This document shows, piece by piece, positions 48,346 through 57,166 of a stretch of 64,000 nt of DNA (position 1 is the first letter of the stretch; each line of letters starts with the position of its first letter). Below the pieces are notes generated by a model. It was not told the origin of the DNA. It saw only the letters and a list, made by a program, of their open reading frames with translations, and did no database searches. The stretch is taken from NCBI GenBank assembly GCA_963781885.1, contig CAWAHW010000004.1, forward strand, positions 32,001 through 96,000, written 5' to 3'. This DNA is from an uncultured Spirochaetota bacterium. GTDB lineage: Bacteria > Spirochaetota > Spirochaetia > SZUA-6 > Fen-1364. The position numbers were made by a program, and so were the translations under genes.

Positions 48346-49740
48346 ATGCGAAATCGGGTTCTCATGACGGTATTTCTCCTGCTCGGAATGTGCCCCCTCG
48401 TGGAGGCGCAGGATTGGCCGACTTTTGGATGGGACGTCGGCCGCTCCAGCGCGCCGAACGTCGCGACGGGCCTCAGCACGGAGACAGTCAGCTCGCTGTC
48501 ACGTCAACAGGTGGCGATCGACGGAACCGTGGACGGGTCTGCCATCTATCTGCGCGGGGCGACCATCGCGGGATCGCCCCATGACGCTTTTTTTGTCACG
48601 ACCACATACGGCAAGACTCTGGCACTGGACGCCGACAGCGGCGCCGTGCTCTGGGAGGACACGCCGGCGAGCTACGAAAGCCTGAAGGGGACCTATCGAA
48701 TCACGAACGCAACACCCGTTGCCGACGACGATCGGAAGTTCATCTATGCCGCCGCCCCGGATGGGATGATCAGAAAGCTGGCGGTGGCGGACGGCCGGGT
48801 GATGTGGGCAACGGCAATCACCAGGCTCGCCGAGCGCGAAAAGATTGCATCGCCGCTGTCTTTTTTTCACGGAAGGGTGATTGCGGCAACGGACGGCTAT
48901 ATCGGCGACCAGCCGCCCTACCAGGGTCACGTGGCGATCCTGGACGCCGCAACCGGCTCCCTGCTCCACGTATGGAACTCCCTGTCCAGTGACCGTCGCG
49001 AGCTGCTCGACCCTTCATCCGTGCCGCAGAGCGATTCAGGGATCTGGGGGCGCGCCGGCGTCGTCATCGATCCTGCGACCGGCGATCTCTACGTCGCAAC
49101 GGGCAACGGCACATGGGACGGCGCGGTCAACTGGGGCGACGCCGTCATCGAGCTTAACCCGGACGCCGCGAAAATCCTGGGCAACTATACACCCGACAAC
49201 ACCGAGGCGCTCAATGAACAAGACCAGGATCTTGGCTCGACGTCACCGGTGCTCCTGGGACACGGCTTGATTGCCCAGGGGGGAAAGGACCGCATCATTC
49301 GCGTGCTCGATTGGCGCACCATGTCTGGTGCCGCCCCGCATCGCGCCGGCGAAGCGGACAAGGTGCCCACGCCCTCCGGGAACCGTCTTTTCACGGCACC
49401 TGCGCTCTTGCGGCGCGGCGATGCGACGTGGTTGTTCGCCGCCGATGGCGGGGCCACCTCCGCGTGGACTCTGGCCGGCGCGTCACTTCAGCCCCGGTGG
49501 CGGGCGGACAACGCCGGAACGAGTCCCGTGGTGGCCGACGGCATGCTCTTCGCGTACGACCCGCATGGCGGACTGCGGATCTACGAGGCGACGTCCGGGC
49601 GGCCGATTGCCACGCTGCCCTGCGGCGCCGGGCACTGGAACAGCCCCGTTGTCGCGGATGGCCGTATCGCCCTGCCTGAGGGCAATGCAAACTCGCACCA
49701 GACGAACGGCGTCATGGATATCTGGCGATTGCGGAAATAG
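48346..49740 (+). CDS. Secreted PQQ-like beta-propeller repeat protein
   Basis: Signal peptide then DWPTFG, repeated ALDADSGAVLW-type blades, LYVATGNG, DQDLGS, SPVVA. Confidence 0.8.
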   Translation: MRNRVLMTVFLLLGMCPLVEAQDWPTFGWDVGRSSAPNVATGLSTETVSSLSRQQVAIDGTVDGSAIYLRGATIAGSPHDAFFVTTTYGKTLALDADSGAVLWEDTPASYESLKGTYRITNATPVADDDRKFIYAAAPDGMIRKLAVADGRVMWATAITRLAEREKIASPLSFFHGRVIAATDGYIGDQPPYQGHVAILDAATGSLLHVWNSLSSDRRELLDPSSVPQSDSGIWGRAGVVIDPATGDLYVATGNGTWDGAVNWGDAVIELNPDAAKILGNYTPDNTEALNEQDQDLGSTSPVLLGHGLIAQGGKDRIIRVLDWRTMSGAAPHRAGEADKVPTPSGNRLFTAPALLRRGDATWLFAADGGATSAWTLAGASLQPRWRADNAGTSPVVADGMLFAYDPHGGLRIYEATSGRPIATLPCGAGHWNSPVVADGRIALPEGNANSHQTNGVMDIWRLRK

Positions 49741-49844
49741 CGACAGGCCGGCGAATGCGCCGGGGCACGTGCCGCACGGATCCGAAACATACGCCCCATC
49801 CGTGACGGCGCAGCCGGGAACTTCCTGCAGAGTTCTTGACCGAA

Positions 49845-49880
49845 CCAAGGGGCTATGTTATTTATAACATAGTGCCTTGG
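49845..49880. promoter_or_regulatory. PadR operator
   Basis: CTATGTTAT-TT-ATAACATAG (49853-72), containing ATGT-N8-ACAT and flanked by CCAAGG/CCTTGG. Confidence 0.75.
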
Positions 49881-49890
49881 AGGTCTAGGT

Positions 49891-50445
49891 GTGGAACTAA
49901 AAGACGTCATTCTCGGTTTTCTGGAGCGAAAGCAACTGACAGGCTACACGCTGAAAGGCATGTTCTCGGAGCTCGATTTCCTTCCGTGGTCGGGCAACAA
50001 CAACCAGATCTATACGGCGCTTATAGAGCTTGAGAAGGAGGGGCTCGTCAAGAAGCAGACGATGCAGCAGGAAAAGCTGCCCGCCCAGAAGCGCTACTCC
50101 GCGACGGAGGCGGGCAAGAAGCGGCTCCGTCATGCGGTTCTGCAGCCTTCGGATGCGCCCGGCGTCAGAAACGACTTCCTTCTGAGACTGGCCTGGACCG
50201 AATGTCTGTCGAATGAAGAGATCACGGCAATGATCGACGACTACAGGAAGACCATCGAAATGGAGCTCGTGATGAGCCAGGAAAAGATGCGGCGGAGGAG
50301 CTCAGGAGAGGCACGGAGCGCGAGAGAGGACTACATGTGGGGCATGATATTGAAAAACCGCGCCATGGCGCTGGAAGGCGAACTGCATTGGCTGGCGCGG
50401 CTGCGGGACGGCCTGACGAGAAATAAAAAGGAGCGATTGCGATGA
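49891..50445 (+). CDS. PadR family regulator (long subfamily with C-terminal helical domain)
   Basis: ILGFL..TGYTLK, WSGNNNQIY, KRYSATEAG; GTG start with GGAGG RBS. Confidence 0.9.
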   Translation: MELKDVILGFLERKQLTGYTLKGMFSELDFLPWSGNNNQIYTALIELEKEGLVKKQTMQQEKLPAQKRYSATEAGKKRLRHAVLQPSDAPGVRNDFLLRLAWTECLSNEEITAMIDDYRKTIEMELVMSQEKMRRRSSGEARSAREDYMWGMILKNRAMALEGELHWLARLRDGLTRNKKERLR

Positions 50446-51197
50446 AGGTGGAGATTTACAGGACCGTGAAGAGCAGGGATATCCTGCTGGAGTTCTACGA
50501 CGGCGTGATGCATGGATGGAGCTTCCGCATGAATCGCTAATGGTTCCGACCCGGTTCGGCGAAACGCACATCATCATGGCAGGCAGCGTCGGCACGCCCG
50601 CGCTCGTGCTGCTGCACGGCGCTGCATCCAACCTGCTGGGCTGGAGCGGTGCCATTCCAGAATACAGTGGAGATTTCCGTGTGATCGCCCTGGACATCCC
50701 CGGCGAGGCAGGCAAGAGCGCCCCGGTGCGCCCGTCCTGGAACAACGACGACTACGTGCGGTGGCTGGACGATGTGCTGAATGCGACGGGAACAGAAAGG
50801 GCGGCGCTGCTGGGAATTTCCTTCGGGGGATGGCTAGCGGCAAAGTACGCGACGTACCGGCCCGAGCGGGCGAGCAAGCTCGCGCCGTTCTCACCCGCGG
50901 GCATCGCACCGGCCAGGACGTCGGCGATCGTGAAAACGATCCTGTATTCGATGCAGAAGGAAAAAGGAGCGAAAAAGATAAAGCGCCTGGTGTTCGGCAC
51001 GGGACGACGAGCTCAAGCGCATCTCATGCCCCGTGATGATGACGACGGGCGGAGAGGACGCCTTCTTCAACGCCCGAAAGGCGGCCGCACGGCTGAAGCG
51101 CTGCCTGCCCGATGCGAGAATCAACATCATTCGCCATGGCACGCACGGCATCACGGAATACGGAGGAAGCATCGCGCGTTTCCTTGTGGACGGATAA
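50442..51197 (+). pseudogene. Alpha/beta hydrolase (esterase) disrupted by frameshifts near 50518 and 51003
   Basis: MKVEIYRT… N-terminus; LLHGA and GISFGG in ORF 50516; the C-terminus DDELKRISCPV..GGEDAF..GTHG..FLVDG* is in another frame; the cap region looks shortened. Confidence 0.75.
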
Positions 51198-51372
51198 ATC
51201 ACGCCGGGCGCCGCCGTGCCCGATTCCTTCCCGGAGGCGTCGTCTCCGAGCACGAGACGGCGATGGACGGCTTCGCCCGGGGGACCTGCTCCAGCCCAAG
51301 ACGCGATGAGCTGACATCGCGTGATGGCTCCTCCCGTGCACGGCGGGTGGAAGAAGCGCGCGCAGAAAATTG

Positions 51373-51430
51373 TTGACATCCTCCCGCGGCGGTCTCATAC
51401 TGCAGCGGCTGGTGGTAATACCACCAGCCG
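51373..51430 (+). promoter_or_regulatory. Promoter and FadR/GntR-type operator
   Basis: TTGACA(51373-78)-N17-CATACT(51396-401); perfect CGGCTGGTGGT-AAT-ACCACCAGCCG (51406-30). Confidence 0.78.
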
Positions 51431-51446
51431 TCACCGGAGGAAAGGC

Positions 51447-52151
51447 GTGAAACAGCTTCTCAAGCCCGTCCAACTCCCCACCCTCAGGAAAGAGGTGGTC
51501 CGCCAGATTGAGGACCTCATCCTTTCCGGCCAGGTCAAGCCTGAGGAGAGGCTGCCCCCCGAACGCGACCTTGCGTCGCTCCTGGGCGTCTCCCGCCCGG
51601 TCGTGCACGCGGCCATCATGGAGCTGGAGCAGAAGGGCCTGGTGCGCAGCGAGCCGCGGCACGGCTGCTTCGTCAACGACTATCGCCAGTCCGGCAGCGC
51701 GGAGCTCCTGACCTCCCTGTGGCGCCACGGCGGCGACAAGCTTGCCCCTGCAATCGTGGAAAGCATGATGGAGCTGCGTGTCGCCGTGGAGCAGGAAGCC
51801 GCGTCCCGTGTCGCGCGGCTGGGAGACCGCACGCTCTGCCGGGAGCTGCGCCGCATCCTGGATGAGGCCGATGCGTTGCCGGCGTCGGACGCGGCTGCGC
51901 AGGTGGAGTACGACTACCGCTTCCACTTCACCATTGCGCTTCGCAGCAACAACATCGTCTATCCCATGCTCATGAACACTTTCAAGCAGATGTACTTTTC
52001 CATCCTGACGGGCTTCTTCGAGAACCAGGCAGTGGTTCCCCGTGTGCACAAGTACCGCCGCAACCTCCTGGCTGCCATCGAAAAGAAGAACCCGAACCGG
52101 GCCCGGGACCTGATGCGGAAGCTGAGCAAGGTGAGCTCCTATGAACGGTAA
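51447..52151 (+). CDS. FadR/GntR family transcriptional regulator
   Basis: LPPERDLASLLGVSRPVV HTH, FCD domain (DYRFH…SNN); GGAGG RBS, GTG start. Confidence 0.93.
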   Translation: MKQLLKPVQLPTLRKEVVRQIEDLILSGQVKPEERLPPERDLASLLGVSRPVVHAAIMELEQKGLVRSEPRHGCFVNDYRQSGSAELLTSLWRHGGDKLAPAIVESMMELRVAVEQEAASRVARLGDRTLCRELRRILDEADALPASDAAAQVEYDYRFHFTIALRSNNIVYPMLMNTFKQMYFSILTGFFENQAVVPRVHKYRRNLLAAIEKKNPNRARDLMRKLSKVSSYER

Positions 52152-53889
52152 GCTGCTCCAGCGGTCCCGACGGGCGCTGCGCAAGACGGGCATGCGGGAC
52201 GTCACGTGCGAGGATCTCGGAGAGTCGATCAGGCTGACGGGCGAGCTTCCGACGTGGGAGAGGAAGGTGCAGGCCGGGCATATCGCCGCGGCCCGCGGCC
52301 ACTGTGAGGTTGTGAACGACGTCGTGGTCCCGGGGTTGACCGAGCCTGCCATGAGCGTCCCTGGCTTCACGGATTCAAGCCTGGAGGGAGCGGAGTACGA
52401 CGTTGTGGTGGTGGGCGCCGGAGTGATTGGCGCGGCCGTTGCGCGGGAGCTCTCACGCCATCGACTTCGGATCGCCGTGGTGGAGAAGGAAGATGATGTC
52501 GCGTTCAACACGACAAGCCGCAACGATGGCATGGTTCACCCCGGACTGGAGCCCACGCATGGCACTCTGAAAGCGTCCTGCAACACCCGGGGAAATCGCA
52601 TGTATACGCAGGTGTCGCAGGAGCTGGGCTTCGAGCTGCAACGCCCGGGCTCCATCATGCTCTTTGACAGGAGAATCAAGTGGCTGCTCGTGCCGCTGCT
52701 GGCCCGCCGCTGCCGAAGGAACGGCGTCCCGGGAGAGTGGCGCTACGTCTCAGGCCGCGAGGTCCGGCGCCTGGAGCCGCACGTCACGCCGCGTCAGCGC
52801 GGCGGCTTCTACGTGAGCTGCACGGGCATCGTCAATCCCTTTGAGGTGACCATTGCGTACGCGGAAAACGCGGCGCAAAACGGCGTGGTCTTCCACCTTC
52901 AGACCGCGGTGCTCGGCTTTGGCACCGTGGATAACGGAGACGGCAGACGCATCGACACCGTGCGCACGAACCGCGGCACGCTTTCAACGCGCGCCGTCGT
53001 GAACGCCGCGGGAAACTGGGCGGACGTGGTGGCTGCCTCCGCGGGGGACCGCTCGTTCTCTCTTCACGGGCGACGGGGGGTGGACGCGATCATTGACAAG
53101 CGTCTTGTGGATACGCAACGCCACGTGCTCGGCATGCCCATGTTCCTGAAGAGCATGGAAAGCCACAGCAAAGGCGGCGGCCTGGTGGTCACCGTTGAAG
53201 GCAACCTCCTTGCAGGCCCAACGGCCGCGGAAACGCCGTACCGGGAGGACTACTCCACGACAGCCGCGGACCTGGCCGAGCTCACGCGTCACCTTGAGCT
53301 GAACACATCCGTCCTGCCGACGGACATCATCACGTACTTTGCCGGTGTCCGGCCCGCAAGCTATTCGGAGGACTTCATCATCCGAAGGTCTTCCACGGTC
53401 GGAAACCTCATCCACGCCGCGGGAATCCAGTCTCCCGGCCTCGCCTCAGCGCCCGCCATAGCGGTGGACGTGGCCGCCTTCACCGTTGAAGCGCTGTCGG
53501 AACGCCAGCAGGTGCTCCCCAACACGGACTTCGTGGCTACGCGAAAGCCGCGGATCCGGCCCGGACGGCTCCCGCTCGCGGAGCGCGCGCGCTGCATCGC
53601 GGAGCGCCCGGACTACGGACGGATCGTTTGCCGCTGCGAGGAAGTCTCGGAGGGCGAAGTGAGGGACGCGCTGCGCTCCCCCTTGAAGGTGTCCAGCCTG
53701 GACGCGGTCAAGCGTCGGACACGGGCGGGCACGGGGAGGTGCCACGGCGGTTTTTGCCTGCCCCGGCTCATCGAGATCATCGCGGACGAGACGGGCCAGC
53801 CGCTCACGGGCATCCGAAAGAAAGGTCACGACTCGTACCTGGTGGCAGCGGAGACCAAGAAACCCGTGACGGAGGCCACGCATGGCTGA
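52141..53889 (+). CDS. FAD-dependent glycerol-3-phosphate dehydrogenase/oxidase-like protein (BON-like N-terminus, BFD-like [2Fe-2S] C-terminus)
   Basis: VGAGVIG, TSRNDGMVH, GIQSPGLASAPA, CRCE…KRRTRAGTGRCHGGFC. Confidence 0.85.
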   Translation: MNGKLLQRSRRALRKTGMRDVTCEDLGESIRLTGELPTWERKVQAGHIAAARGHCEVVNDVVVPGLTEPAMSVPGFTDSSLEGAEYDVVVVGAGVIGAAVARELSRHRLRIAVVEKEDDVAFNTTSRNDGMVHPGLEPTHGTLKASCNTRGNRMYTQVSQELGFELQRPGSIMLFDRRIKWLLVPLLARRCRRNGVPGEWRYVSGREVRRLEPHVTPRQRGGFYVSCTGIVNPFEVTIAYAENAAQNGVVFHLQTAVLGFGTVDNGDGRRIDTVRTNRGTLSTRAVVNAAGNWADVVAASAGDRSFSLHGRRGVDAIIDKRLVDTQRHVLGMPMFLKSMESHSKGGGLVVTVEGNLLAGPTAAETPYREDYSTTAADLAELTRHLELNTSVLPTDIITYFAGVRPASYSEDFIIRRSSTVGNLIHAAGIQSPGLASAPAIAVDVAAFTVEALSERQQVLPNTDFVATRKPRIRPGRLPLAERARCIAERPDYGRIVCRCEEVSEGEVRDALRSPLKVSSLDAVKRRTRAGTGRCHGGFCLPRLIEIIADETGQPLTGIRKKGHDSYLVAAETKKPVTEATHG

Positions 53890-55168
53890 GCGGGCGTCAG
53901 ACGTCGCCGTGATCGGCGGAGGCCCGGCAGGGCTGCAAGCAGCAAGGTCCGCGGCTGACGCCGGAGCGCGCGTCCTGATCGTGGAGCGCGAAGAGAGGCT
54001 GGGAGGCATCCTCAAGCAGTGCGTCCACGACGGGTTTGGAGTCATGGAGTACGGAGAGCGGCTCACGGGCCCCGAGTATGCCTGCCGCGACATCGCCGCA
54101 ATCAAGAATCGCGACATCCCGTATGAGACCAGCGCCTTCGTGCATTCCCTTGCCCGGGACGGAAACGCCTGGACCATCACGCTGGTGACGCCTCGGGGAG
54201 GCGTGGAGGAGCTGCGCTGCCGCAGCGTGATCATGGCAACAGGCTGCCGCGAGCGCACGGACAGGCAGGTGTTCCTGCAGGGGGACAGGCCTGCCGGCAT
54301 CTTCACGGCGGGCCAGGCCCAGCGCCTCATCAACATCAACGGCGTGCTGCCGGGAAAGCGCGTGGTCATCCTGGGATCGGGAGACATCGGCCTCATCATG
54401 GCCCGGCGCTTCACGCTGGAAGGCGCCGCCGTGCTGGGGATCTACGAGATCAAGGACGCGCCATCAGGCCTCACGCGCAACATCGCGCAGTGCGTGGAGG
54501 ACTGGAGCATCCCCCTGCATCTCAAGACCACCGTCACGAAGATCCACGGCCGTGACCGCGTGGAAGCAGTCACCGTCTGCCCGGTGGACGCAAATGGAAG
54601 ACCCGATCTTGACCGCGGCTGCCGCGTGGCCTGTGACACGCTTGTGCTGAGCGTGGGACTCATCCCGGAAGACGACATTCTCTGGGGCCTTGGCCTCGCG
54701 ATGGACGAGCGCACGCGCGGACCCTTCGTCAACCAGCACCGTGAGACCGCGATGCCCGGCCTGTACGTCTGCGGCAATGCACTCCACGTGTATGACCTGG
54801 TGGACTACGTCTCTGAATGCGGCCGCACCGCGGGCCAGAGCGCTGCCCGATACTGCGCCGGGCCTGCCGGAGCGGCGCGCCCTCCCGGGCTTCTCCTCCA
54901 GGCCGCGGACGAGCTTCTCTACCAGGTGCCGCAATACGTGGATCCGGGCGCCGTGGAGCCGCCGGCATTCTTCTACAGGGTGCGGCGCGCCATGGAGCGG
55001 GCCGTCCTTACGATCTCCGTGGAAGAAAGGGAGCTGGAAAGCAGGCCCTTGAGATACTGCAGACCGCAGGAAATGGAGCGCTATGAGATGGCCCCTGCCA
55101 CGTGGGAGGGCATGAGATCCGCGCGATGTCCGGTGCGGCTGTCTGTTCAGGAGGTTCGCCATGGGTAA
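53882..55168 (+). CDS. Pyridine nucleotide-disulfide oxidoreductase family flavoprotein
   Basis: IGGGPAG, GGILKQCVHDGFG, ATGCRER, LGSGDIG, CGNALHVYDLVD. Confidence 0.88.
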   Translation: MAERASDVAVIGGGPAGLQAARSAADAGARVLIVEREERLGGILKQCVHDGFGVMEYGERLTGPEYACRDIAAIKNRDIPYETSAFVHSLARDGNAWTITLVTPRGGVEELRCRSVIMATGCRERTDRQVFLQGDRPAGIFTAGQAQRLININGVLPGKRVVILGSGDIGLIMARRFTLEGAAVLGIYEIKDAPSGLTRNIAQCVEDWSIPLHLKTTVTKIHGRDRVEAVTVCPVDANGRPDLDRGCRVACDTLVLSVGLIPEDDILWGLGLAMDERTRGPFVNQHRETAMPGLYVCGNALHVYDLVDYVSECGRTAGQSAARYCAGPAGAARPPGLLLQAADELLYQVPQYVDPGAVEPPAFFYRVRRAMERAVLTISVEERELESRPLRYCRPQEMERYEMAPATWEGMRSARCPVRLSVQEVRHG

Positions 55169-55526
55169 TTTCCCCCTTGCACGGACGTGCATCGCCTGCC
55201 CGCGGGGATGCCGCCTGGATATTCAAAAGCGTGGAGAGGAGCTCGTTGTGAGCGGCAACGGCTGTCCCAAAGGCGTGCCGTACGGCATCCAGGAGGCCAC
55301 GGCGCCGCAGCGCATCCTCACAACCACGGTCCGAACGACCTTTGCGGACTTGCCGCGGCTCCCGGTCAAAAGCTCCGCGGAGGTGCCGCTTGCGGAGATT
55401 CCAAGGCTCATGCGGCTCATCGACGCCGTGTGCGTGGACCGCGCGGTGGGCTGCGGAGATGCCGTGCTCCGGGGTCTTCTGTCTCCCGGCGTGGACCTGA
55501 TCTGCACGGACGAATCATATGCGTGA
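55161..55526 (+). CDS. DUF1667 CxxC protein (small subunit of G3PDH-like complexes)
   Basis: TCIACPRGC…GNGCPKG…PQRILTTTV…LPVKS. Confidence 0.88.
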   Translation: MGNFPLARTCIACPRGCRLDIQKRGEELVVSGNGCPKGVPYGIQEATAPQRILTTTVRTTFADLPRLPVKSSAEVPLAEIPRLMRLIDAVCVDRAVGCGDAVLRGLLSPGVDLICTDESYA

Positions 55527-57152
55527 CCTCCTGTGCGCCATAGATTGCGGCACGCAGAGCCTGCGCCTGATGCTCTTCCACCCGGACGGCAGGGTGGAAG
55601 GCGGCCAACATATCCACTACCAGCCCTACAGCACGCCGCATCCGGGGTGGGCGGAGCAGGACCCGCAGGTTTTCTGGAACGCGCTGTGCCGCGCCGGCCT
55701 CTGCGTCTTGCATACGGCAAAGCTCAGGGATCGCGTGGCAGCGGTGGGTGTCACGTCGCAACGCGACACCATGATCTGCATGGACAGGGACGGACAGGCG
55801 CTTCGGCCGGCCATCACGTGGCTGGACACGAGAAAGGATCCGGTTTCTACCGCCCAGGACTTCCCATGCGCGTTCTCTACCGCCTTGCAGGAATGACGGA
55901 CACCATGGCGAAAACAATGGCCGACGGAAAAGTGAACTGGATCCGCCGCAATGAGCCTGAGATCTGGGAGAAGACATGGAAGTACGTCCAGGTGTCGGGG
56001 TTCCTGAACTTCAGGCTTTCCGGGGAGGTGGTGGATTCCGTTTCGTCCATCGTCGGCCACGTGCCGATGGACTACCGTGGAAGGCGTTGGGCGTCCCCGC
56101 ATGATCTGACGTCCCGCATCTTCCCCGTGGAGCAGGAGAAACTCTATACGCTCGTCGAGCCCGGCACACGGATCGGAGAGGTCACCAGGGAGGCGGCAAG
56201 AGCCACCGGCCTCCGCCCGGCATCCCGCTTGTCGCCTGTGGAGCGGACAAGGCTTGTGAGACACTTGGCCTCGGTGTGAAGGATCCCAGCGTGGCCTCTC
56301 TCAGCTTCGGCACGACGGCGACGGTGGAGGTGATGACACCGCGCTACTTCGAGCCCCTGCCATTCATCCCCGCCTACTGCGCCGCGCGTCCGGGCTACTA
56401 CAATCCGGAAGATCGAGGTTCTCCGCGGCTACTGGATGATAAGCTGGTTCAAGGAAGTGATGGCCTACCATGAGAGAGAGGAAGCAGAGCGCACGGGCGC
56501 CTGTCCAGAGGATCTCCTTGACCCGCTCCTGGATGAAAGCCCTCCGGGAAACCGCGGGCTCCTGCTGCAGCCCTTTTGGGGCCCCGGGCTGCTTCGGCCG
56601 CACGCGCGCGGCGCCATTGTCGGTTTCGGGGATTGCCATGACCGCGCGGCCGTCTATCGGGCGATCGTGGAGGGTTTGGCCTACTCTCTCCGCGAAGGGC
56701 TTGAGTCCCTGCAGCGCAGCGGACACGCGACGATCCGCTCTGCGGCCGCCTCGGGCGGAGCGAGCAGGAACAGCCGCATCTGCCAGATCACGGCTGACGT
56801 CCTGGGAAAGCCGCTCGTGCGCGGCGTGACACCGGAGGCGAGCGCTCTGGGCGCTGCCCTGATCACGGCGGTGGGGGCGGGAATACATTCCGGCTTTGAT
56901 GAAGCCGTCGCGGCCATGATTCACCCCGGAGATGAGTTCCATCCGCGCAAGGACCTTCGCGCGCTCTATGACGATCTGTACGGCGTCTACGAGTCCGTGT
57001 TCCCATCGATGGACGGCATCTACCGCAGGCTCCGACGCATCACGGGTCATCCAGAAATCGCGCCGTCGAACGTGCAGGCGGCGCGCGCGCCGGCCTCCCG
57101 CGTCCCCGCTTCGCGCGCGCCAGCGCCCCGCGCCGCGGCATCGCACCTGTAG
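55519..57152 (+). CDS. FGGY family carbohydrate kinase, three frameshifts (~55836, ~56220, ~56409)
   Basis: AIDCGTQS, PGWAEQDP, TSQRDT, (GADKACE) SFGTTA, ARGAIVGF, YRAIVEG, GGAS spread over four consecutive frames. Confidence 0.88.
57084..57143 (+). repeat. Four degenerate 15-nt tandem repeats encoding RAPAS/RVPAS/RAPAP/RAAAS
   Basis: Direct reading of the 3' end of the kinase gene. Confidence 0.6.
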
Positions 57153-57166
57153 AGGAGACACTCGCC

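Noticed and set aside
55519-57152. Programmed ribosomal frameshifting or four separate small genes in the FGGY kinase region
   Set aside because: There are no slippery heptamers, shifts go in both directions, and the fragments join into one ordinary kinase.
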